Assembly (NCBI RefSeq): GCF_006345805.1
Contig: NW_021829228.1
Coordinates: forward strand, 1-6,600
Reading direction: 5' to 3'
Source: Octopus sinensis
Lineage: Eukaryota
Length of the DNA: 6,600 bases
Made by a program: the position numbers and the translations under genes. Of the stretch, positions 1 through 6,600 are shown piece by piece. The number at the start of each line of letters is the position of its first letter. The first letter of the stretch is position 1. A model generated the notes under the pieces. That model was not told where the DNA came from, did not search any database, and was given only the letters and a program-made list of their open reading frames with translations.

Positions 1-44
1 TAGACAGATAGATAGATAGATAGATTGATAGATAGATATAGATA
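1..44. repeat. (GATA)n microsatellite, truncated by window edge
   Basis: Direct reading: tagacagatagatagatagatagattgatagatagatatagata. Confidence 0.95.
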
Positions 45-83
45 TGGACACATACGCACACACACATATATATATTTGTGTAT

Positions 84-125
84 ATGGATGGATGGATGGA
101 TAGATGGATGGATGGATGGATGGAT
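84..125. repeat. (GGAT)n microsatellite
   Basis: About 10 tandem GGAT/TGGA units with one TAGA interruption. Confidence 0.95.
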
Positions 126-141
126 GTGTGGGTGAATGGAT

Positions 142-289
142 TGGCAAAAGAGATCGATAGAATAAGCACCAGGCTTTAAAAAAGTAAATACTGGGATCGA
201 GTAATTCGACTAAAAATTCTTCAAAGCGGTGCCCCAGTATGGCCGCAGTCTACTGCCTGAAAGGAGTAAAAGATAAAAGATGAAAGATA
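142..289 (+). mobile_element. 3' fragment of a SINE-like retroelement with a short tandem (TAAAAGA)n tail
   Basis: 223-273 matches 2610-2660 of the SINE below at 43/51 nt. The GGCAAAAG..GATAGAATAAG..GGCTT block is also shared. It ends in taaaaga-taaaaga-tgaaaga. No tRNA head is present in the window. Confidence 0.85.
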
Positions 290-371
290 TTTATTTGCAT
301 ATTTATTTTGCTGGTCGCTGTAGTGTACAGTATATAGCATAAAATATGCTGCTCACCTTTTCAATACACCC

Positions 372-635
372 GGCTCGGCTCATTAGCGCACGGGAATGTG
401 CAAAACCGGTGTTTCGACATGTTTTCTCTCGTCAGAAATACTTGTACCTTTGAGACAAAACTAAACCTCTCCTATGACAGATATAAGCACTGATCAGTTA
501 ACAATATATTCGCTGAAAATATAAACAAAGCCAGTGCCTTCGTTGAGGCTCAAGAGTTAGCGAGCTTGTGGCTGGCATGACACAAATTGTCGAATTATTG
601 GTGCCCGAGAAACCCGTGCGCCAATGAGCCGAGCC
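372..635. mobile_element. MITE-like element with 23-bp inverted repeats, superfamily unresolved
   Basis: GGCTCGGCTCATTAGCGCACGGG (372-394) and CCCGTGCGCCAATGAGCCGAGCC (613-635) are 22/23 complementary around a 218-bp non-coding spacer. An outer TCAATA (361-366)/TATTGA (636-641) pair is offset by CACCC (367-371). Confidence 0.6.
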
Positions 636-1152
636 TATTGAGCACGCACTCGTCGTAAGAAGAAAAACTTATTTTCTTATGATGTACATCTTTTGCGTCC
701 GAACCTGTCTGGACGTATTAAGAATAAATATGCAGATATTGTTTCCAGAACTCGCTGTACACGGTACAAATAGCGATATTTTTTTTATAAAGAAACATCA
801 CACAACAAAAGTAGCAATATTAATAGTATCAGAAAAGAGATTTAGAAAAGAGAAGAAAAGAGGAAACGGAGATACGAATAAGGAAAAAGCATGGGAGACA
901 AACTGGAACATGAAAAAGCCTGCTCATATCTCCTCCTTCTGTCCACCCACCACCAAAATGTCGTCTGCTGCTATGAATCTGTCTATCGTCTGTTGTGTAT
1001 GGTTATCTACGTCCTACGTATTTATCTGTTTTCGTGTTCCAATTTTTTTTTCTTCTTATCTCGCTTTACCGATTTTTGTTCGATTTCTTTTTCTTTTATA
1101 TTCCTTCTCTTTTATTTCTGCCCTATATCACTTTCTGTAAAACAATATCAAT

Positions 1153-1295
1153 ATGTATATGTATATATATATGTGTGTGTGTGTGTGAGTGAGCGTGCGT
1201 TTGAGTGTTTGCGTATATATATTATATAATATATATATATATAAATATATATAGTATATATATCTGTAACTATATCTATATTAATAAGATGTATG
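1153..1295. repeat. Mixed (TA)n/(TG)n low-complexity tract
   Basis: Runs of tatata and tgtgtg read directly. Confidence 0.9.
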
Positions 1296-1353
1296 TGTGT
1301 ATGTGTCTAGATCTAATCCTTGATGCATTATTACACGCACACACGATATCCTG

Positions 1354-1368
1354 TCTATCTATCTATCT

Positions 1369-1421
<53 letters not shown>
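1354..1421. repeat. (TCTA)n microsatellite
   Basis: Near-perfect tandem TCTA; source of the YLSIYLSI pseudo-ORFs. Confidence 0.95.
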
Positions 1422-1642
1422 ATATTATATAAATATATATATATATATACACACACCACTCATCACACACACACACTCACAACACACTATATATACTGTA
1501 TGTACATATACATGCATACACACACACATATATATATATAATACATATACATACATACACACATACATACATACATACATACATACATACATACATAGAT
1601 ACATACATACATACATACATACATACATACATACATACATAC
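1422..1642. repeat. Compound (TA)n/(CA)n tract followed by (CATA)n microsatellite (about 1547-1642)
   Basis: Direct reading; source of the MYVCMYVC pseudo-ORFs on the minus strand. Confidence 0.95.
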
Positions 1643-1918
1643 AAGCACATCTATATATACTGTACGTACATAAATATTTATTTGCGAACGAAAGAAATGA
1701 TGATCAATACAAGTAGAGTTTATATTTATTAGCAATCGATCGACTGTGTGCGTATATGTGCATGTGTGTTTATTTGAGTGCGTATGTATGTGCATACATG
1801 TGCATTAAATACATATGAAGGTTTAGTTATGCGTAATAATCAAGTTATTTCGTCGTTATCGAGTTGTCAGAACACGCCTTTGTATCAATGAAAACTTTGT
1901 CCACTAAGAGAACCCACA

Positions 1919-2001
1919 ACCACACACACACACACACAAACATGCTTTCATACATACATACATACATACATACATACATACATACATACATACATACATA
2001 C
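1919..2001. repeat. (CA)n at 1919-1937 and (CATA)n at about 1949-2001
   Basis: Direct reading. Confidence 0.95.
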
Positions 2002-2056
2002 TTATATACACGAAGGGCAGCTGAATAGTTCCTGGCTTTTAATGATGTCACCAAAG

Positions 2057-2160
2057 GACTGGCTGGAGGCCCAACTTTCCGAGTTCTTTTACAGGGCTTA
2101 GAAAAACTGAAGGACCGCTGCAATAAGTGTTTGAATCTGAGAGGGGAATATGTTGAATAA
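2057..2160 (+). pseudogene. C-terminal remnant of a mariner-type transposase
   Basis: DWLEAQLSEFF (2057-2089), a 1-nt frameshift, then QGLEKLKDRCNKCLNLRGEYVE-stop (2092-2160). This resembles the G-I-x-x-L-x-x-R-W-x-K-C-I-x-x-x-G-x-Y-x-E-stop ending typical of mariner transposases. Confidence 0.8.
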
Positions 2161-2166
2161 AATCAT

Positions 2167-2384
2167 AGTGGCTGTGTGGTAAGTAGCTTGTTTACCAACC
2201 ACATGGTTCCTGGTTCAGTCCCACTAGGAGTGGCTGTGTGGTAAGTAGCTTGTTTACCAACCACATAGTTTCGGGTTCACTCCCACGCGTGGCACCTTGG
2301 GCAAGTGTCTTCGAACTATACCTCGGCCGACCAAAGCCTTGTGAGTGGATTTGGTAGACGGAAACTGAAAAAGAAGTCGTAGTC

Positions 2385-2420
<36 letters not shown>

Positions 2421-2665
2421 ATATATATATATATATATATATCCGTGTGTGTTGTTGTGTGTGTCTGTGTTTTGTCCTCCTAAGCATTGCTTGACAACCG
2501 ATGCTGGTATGTTTATGTCCCCCGTTACTTAGCGGTTCGGCAAAAGTGACTGATAGAATAAGTACTGGGCTTACAAAAGAATAAGTCCCGGGGTCGAGTT
2601 GCTCGATTAAAGGCGGTGCTCCAGCATGGCCGCAGTCAAATGACTGAAACAAGTAAAAGAGTAAA
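2167..2665 (+). mobile_element. tRNA-derived SINE (CORE-like, octopus-type) with duplicated head and internal microsatellite
   Basis: A-box-like TGGCTGTGTGG and B-box-like GGTTCA(G/C)TCCC each occur twice with a 62-bp period. CCTTGGGCAAGTG (2295-2307) resembles the CORE-SINE domain start. Internal (TA)n/(TG)n at 2386-2470; tail GTAAAAGAGTAAA. The exact family name is not confirmed. Confidence 0.85.
2386..2442. repeat. (TA)n microsatellite inside the SINE
   Basis: About 28 TA units with one TC interruption. Confidence 0.95.
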
Positions 2666-2771
2666 TACTGATCCCCCTGTATTTTCTTTTACCCAAAGCC
2701 AGGACCTTTTTCAGCGCCCCCTCGTGGATTTTCAGTGCTTGCTTCGTTTCAATCTACTCTCTTTTTCACAG

Positions 2772-2788
2772 ATATGGTAACGACAAAG
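2772..2788 (+). other. Candidate 17-nt microexon
   Basis: ctactctctttttcacAG | ATATGGTAACGACAAAG | GTatgc: pyrimidine tract plus CAG acceptor and AAG/GTATG donor. Motif evidence only. Confidence 0.3.
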
Positions 2789-3028
2789 GTATGCTTCTTA
2801 TTGTAGGTTTGCAGAGAGCTTACCATTCATTCTTACACATTCCTTCCTTTCATCATGGAATTATTCATTGAGTATTTTGTTTTTATTGGCTACGACTAAC
2901 GATAGCATGCAATAGATAACAGGCGTGGTAAGGTTGCCGGTGTAGTCACCTGCAGCCGAACCATGCGACAGGATGGACTAGTTTACACATTACTAGTAGT
3001 ACTAAGAGTTACCTGACATACATACATA

Positions 3029-3058
3029 CAGGGGTCGGACAAAATAATGGAAACACCT
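3029..3058 (+). repeat. Left terminal inverted repeat
   Basis: CAGGGGTCGGACAAAATAATGGAAACACCT, preceded by TA. Confidence 0.95.
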
Positions 3059-3211
3059 AACATCATAGCATCATAATTTTGAAATATCTATAAAACCGTC
3101 AAAAGCTTGTTTATTTTTATGTTTTTTGATTTATCATTAGTGTTGCTTAATATGTTTTGCTAAAATTGCTATTTCTTCTCAGATATTATCAGAAAAAGGC
3201 AATTCATTATT

Positions 3212-4271
3212 ATGATAGATCTATCGAACTTTCGAAGAGGTCAAATTGCTGGTGCTTGTCTTGTATAGCAGGCGCTAGCACAACGAAAACAGCCGAAATG
3301 TTTGGTGTATCAAGAAGTATTGTCAAGAAAGTAAAGACAGCCTTTGAGAAAGAGGGAAAAACCTCCTCGCCGAAACAAAGCTGCAGAAGAAAACCAAAAC
3401 TTTCAGATAGCAACCGTCGAACTCTTAAGCGAATTGTTAAAAAGGATCACAAAAGTATAACTCCCAAAATTACTGCAGAGTTTATTGACTACTTCGAGAA
3501 CCCAGTTTTCACAAAACTGTTCGCCGGGAGTTGCACAAAGCCGGATTTCACGAAAGGGCTGCAATCAGAAAACCACTACTTTCAAAAACGAACGTTACAA
3601 AGTGTTTAAAGTGGAGTAAAAACCGACAGAATTGGTCACTAGAGCAGTGTAAGAATGTTATTTTCTCGGACGAGTCATTATTTACTTTATTTCCGACCAC
3701 CAGCCGAGTATACGTGAGGAAACAGCCAAAAGAAGTATTTGACCCAGGCTGCCTTCTTTCAACTGTTAACAAGGTGGAGGATCTGTGATGATCTTGGGCG
3801 GGGGGAGGGGATATATCTTGGAAATCCGCCAGCCCAATGGTTTCCCTTCATGGCAGAATTAATAGTCAAGACAATTTAAGCATTTTATCTGATCAAATTC
3901 ATCCTATGGCTGCGGAACTGTTTCCGGAGGGAAATGCAATCTTTCAGGATGATAATGCACCAATTCACACACATAAAGTTATTGCTGAATGATACGAGGA
4001 ACATTCTAGTGAAGTTGAACAGCCTATCTGGCCACCACAGTCTCCAGATCTCAATATTATTGAATATTTATGGTACATTTCAGAAAAACAAGTAAGGAGT
4101 CGATATCCTCCACCATCATCACTACAAGAACTAGAGACTGTTTTAGCTGAAGAATGGACAAAAATTCCTTTGGAAACAATTCAAACTTTGTACAAGTCCA
4201 TATCTCGTAGAATTCAAGCTGTAATTACTGACAAAGGCAGACCTACCCCTTATTTAAATGAATTTGTTTGA
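3212..4271 (+). pseudogene. Tc1-family transposase pseudogene, about 343 aa when repaired, DD36E triad
   Basis: ATG at 3212 (MIDLSNFRRGQIAGA), HTH region GASTTKTAEMFGVSRS, RRKPK linker, D1 in IFSDES (3669-3671), D2 in FQDDNAP (3951-3953), E in WPPQSPDLNIIE (4062-4064). Lesions: CTTGT duplication 3255-3264, -1 near 3514, -1 near 3768, net +10 G-rich segment 3794-3812, in-frame TGA 3990-3992. The ancestral stop was probably near 4255; the current frame stops at 4271. Confidence 0.93.
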
Positions 4272-4278
4272 AACTTTA

Positions 4279-4308
4279 AGGTGTTTCCATTATTTTGTCC
4301 AACCCCTG
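4279..4308 (-). repeat. Right terminal inverted repeat
   Basis: AGGTGTTTCCATTATTTTGTCCAACCCCTG followed by TA; one mismatch to the left TIR. Confidence 0.95.
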
Positions 4309-4332
4309 TATATGCACTTATATGTATATGTA

Positions 4333-4346
4333 TATCTATCTATCTC

Positions 4347-4408
<62 letters not shown>

Positions 4409-4411
4409 ATC

Positions 4412-4450
<39 letters not shown>

Positions 4451-4456
4451 CATCTT

Positions 4457-4522
<66 letters not shown>
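4333..4522. repeat. Long (TCTA)n microsatellite, about 190 bp
   Basis: Tandem TCTA with a few interruptions; followed by TA/CA low complexity to about 4590. Confidence 0.97.
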
Positions 4523-4523
<1 letters not shown>

Positions 4524-4869
4524 GCATATACGTATACACACACATACACACACATATATATATATACATGTACATACACATATACATATGCAAAATGCCT
4601 TATTGTAATCAAGCCAAATTAATTTTTACAATGCTTACAATAACTTATGACTAAGCATCTTTGCTTCATTTTATCCCCATCCTTTTTATTCTGTTCTTTT
4701 CCTCTGACTAAACGTATTTTATGGTTGGTCTTCACACTTTGAAACTGTCATCTTTCCGTTCCGCTGTGAAATTTTAAAGTAGTAAATTCAATTTTCTTTG
4801 ACAGTTGTTTTCATTTAGAATATTTATGTACAAACGCTCGCGCGCGCACATTCGGTCGCACATTAGTAT

Positions 4870-4928
4870 ATGAATATATATACTCGTACGTGAGTACATG
4901 TACACATACATAAATACACATACATAAA

Positions 4929-4965
<37 letters not shown>

Positions 4966-5174
4966 GCTTGTAAATATATACACCTATATATCAATTTATC
5001 TATCTAGCTATATACAAATCTATATCTATATCTATATCCTTCTCTATATACACACGGATATGTGTATGTGTCTATATATATACACAGACACACATATATA
5101 CTATATATGTATATATATTATATATATATGGTGTGTTGTGTACATATATATATATGTACATATATAATATACAT

Positions 5175-5223
<49 letters not shown>

Positions 5224-5285
5224 TACATATATATGTGTGTTTATATATGTATTTATTTACATACACAAACGCACATATATATTTA
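4870..5285. repeat. Compound (TA)n/(CA)n/(TG)n low-complexity tract
   Basis: Includes (CA)n at about 4931-4957 and (TA)n at about 5179-5218. Confidence 0.9.
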
Positions 5286-5841
5286 TTAATAAGTGATACA
5301 CGTGAATGTGTGTGTCTCCGTTTCTCTAAGTGCATCCATACACATATAAATACCTACATACGTCCATCTATAATTGCACGCCTTGACTCATCTTAAATAT
5401 ATCATTTGTTATCGTTCTCTTTGAAAAAAAATATGCTTATGTTACACATTTGTCTATTTGACGGAACATTGTATTTCATTAGCAAAACATTTTTCTCGTT
5501 GGAAGACCAAAGAAACTAGATCACATACATAAATATATAGCTTTATGCTTGTTTTATTATATCAATATAATACTGTATAAATTGTCTCAGCCGTCCTTTC
5601 TTAAAATGTTTAATTTTATATATTGTTTAATGCTATTACGCTTCACTTAAACAATTAAGAGCGTCATATTTCTTATCTTTAAATTTATTACACACACAAT
5701 AAAAAACGAAGTACAAAAATATCAAAAAATGTAAAGATATAAAAATATAAAAAAACGACTGGCGCCATTTTTAATTTTGGTTTAGGTTTCTTTGTTTGGT
5801 TGGTTTTGGCCGACATTTTTCTTTCTGTTATTTATCTGCAG

Positions 5842-5953
5842 ACGTTTGATTTCATTAAGGGCGTTGAGAGTTAATCAGTTTCCTTTAAATAATCAACCGC
5901 CATTATAAGTTATGAAGAAAGTTTAATTTTAGGCTTATAAAATATACTTTCTG
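5842..5953 (+). other. Candidate 112-nt non-coding exon
   Basis: catttttctttctgttatttatctgcAG acceptor (AG 5840-5841) and CTG|GTAAGT donor (GT 5954-5955). Stops occur in all three frames. Motif evidence only. Confidence 0.4.
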
Positions 5954-6218
5954 GTAAGTTGCCATTTTTGTATTTTGGTCTCCTTTGCTAATTTCAAAAC
6001 AAAGACTGCACAAACGCCCACACACACAAACGCAAGTACACATACACATACACACTCACATGCAAACACGACATACATTCATGCAAACACATTAATTATT
6101 GCATACTCTATAAACATTCGTACATGAGATGCTTACCGACCTGTATTTGCTCAGTTTTCTATCATATAGGACAGCATATAGTTAAGAACCCACAAATTAT
6201 TAAAATTTACATACATAC

Positions 6219-6491
6219 ATCACGTAATCACGTGACCGACCAGGCTATCAGATGTAGTTATACATCGCTGATCACAATGCGCATTTGCATTGTTTTAGCC
6301 TTCAAATGACGCTACCCGTCTGGCTAAGCGAACAGGCCAACATTCCCCACTGATTGAAAGTAGGTGCGGGAACAAAGTGAAATGAAATGCTTTATACCAC
6401 AATATACAATATACCACCCAATCAGGGAATGGAACCCACGATCTAGAGATCGCGAGTGCAACAGCCTAAACATTAGGCCACGCGCCTTCAC
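6219..6491 (-). mobile_element. tRNA-derived SINE of a second family
   Basis: The minus strand reads GTGAAGGCGCGTGGCCTAATGTTTAGG...CGTGGGTTCCATTCCC. This gives an A-box-like TGGCCTAATGTT (6469-6480) and a B-box-like GGTTCCATTCC (6426-6436). The 3' end has a tandem CACGTGAT-TACGTGAT tail. (CATA)n flanks both sides. Confidence 0.8.
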
Positions 6492-6492
6492 G

Positions 6493-6600
6493 CATACATA
6501 CATACATACATACATGTATTTATTTACATACACATACATACATACATACATGCACACATTCATACATTCATACATACATACACGCATGCATGCGCGCATA
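6493..6600. repeat. (CATA)n degenerate microsatellite
   Basis: Direct reading; runs to window edge. Confidence 0.9.

Larger units (their letters stand above)
2011..2724 (+). mobile_element. Non-autonomous mariner-derived element (about 215 bp: 2011-2167 plus about 2666-2724), interrupted by a SINE
   Basis: Left TIR CGAAGGGCAGCTGAATAGTTCCTGGCTTT (2011-2039) aligns with the reverse complement of AAAGCCAGGACCTTTTTCAGCGCCCCCTCG (2695-2724) at 24/30. A mariner transposase C-terminus lies inside. Flanks are CA and TG rather than TA. Confidence 0.85.
3029..4308 (+). mobile_element. Full-length Tc1-like DNA transposon, DD36E (Incomer-like), 1280 bp, transposase inactivated
   Basis: 30-bp TIRs at 29/30 identity; TA at 3027-3028 and 4309-4310; internal decayed transposase with SDES, FQDDNAP and SPDLNIIE motifs. 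Confidence 0.95.

Noticed and set aside
830-1140. Purine-rich then pyrimidine-rich halves suggesting a long hairpin
   Set aside because: No sustained base-for-base complementarity found by eye; only compositional symmetry.
679-1229. ORFs of 153 aa (679-1140) and 112 aa (891-1229) with basic and hydrophobic stretches
   Set aside because: They reflect a purine-rich tract (about 830-915) followed by a pyrimidine-rich tract (about 1020-1140); there is no recognisable domain and the composition is low-complexity.
1205-1795. Multiple ORFs with YLSI, MYVC or HTHT repeats
   Set aside because: Translations of stop-free microsatellite frames.
2167-2290. Possible tRNA genes or a CRISPR-like repeat-spacer array
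   Set aside because: Only two adjacent units with no spacer and no complete cloverleaf or acceptor stem; they continue into a SINE body in a eukaryotic context.
2976-3004. ACTAGT and overlapping TACTAGTA/TAGTACTA palindromes as a Helitron 3' end
   Set aside because: No GC-rich hairpin at the expected distance upstream and no 5' TC end identified.
3157-3788. Treating ORFs 3157-3609 and 3531-3788 as real genes or as programmed frameshifting
   Set aside because: They are fragments of one transposase broken by several indels and a nonsense codon. The antisense ORFs 3210-3413 and 3548-3772 are shadows of the same sequence.
4836-4850. Short (CG)n(CA)n run as a Z-DNA element
   Set aside because: Too short, and unremarkable among the many alternating purine-pyrimidine tracts.
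4805-4895. Possible exon between ttttctttgacAG (4803-4804) and GTGAGT (4890)
   Set aside because: The donor lacks exonic consensus (TAC|GT) and the interval is partly low-complexity.
4258-5396. ORFs over the (TCTA)n and (TA)/(CA) tracts
   Set aside because: Microsatellite artefacts.
6124-6599. ORFs 6124-6309 (+) and 6324-6599 (-)
   Set aside because: They overlap the SINE and microsatellite and show no protein-like motif.

Overview
AT-rich, microsatellite-dense eukaryotic non-coding DNA with no intact protein-coding gene. The SINE families and repeat density suggest an octopus/cephalopod genome; this is an inference from recalled repeat sequences. The main feature is a complete 1280-bp Tc1-like DNA transposon at 3029-4308. 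It has 30-bp TIRs (29/30 identical), TA on both flanks and a decayed transposase. The second Asp and the Glu of its catalytic triad are 36 residues apart (DD36E, Incomer-type) instead of the usual 34. Upstream, a roughly 215-bp mariner deletion derivative (2011-2724) is split by a tRNA-derived SINE (2167-2665) with a tandemly duplicated head and an internal (TA)n/(TG)n tract. The window also holds a related SINE 3' fragment (142-289), a minus-strand tRNA-derived SINE (6219-6491), an unclassified 264-bp inverted-repeat element (372-635) and two splice-signal-bounded candidate exons on + (2772-2788 and 5842-5953). Apart from two transposase fragments, the supplied ORFs are microsatellite or low-complexity artefacts.
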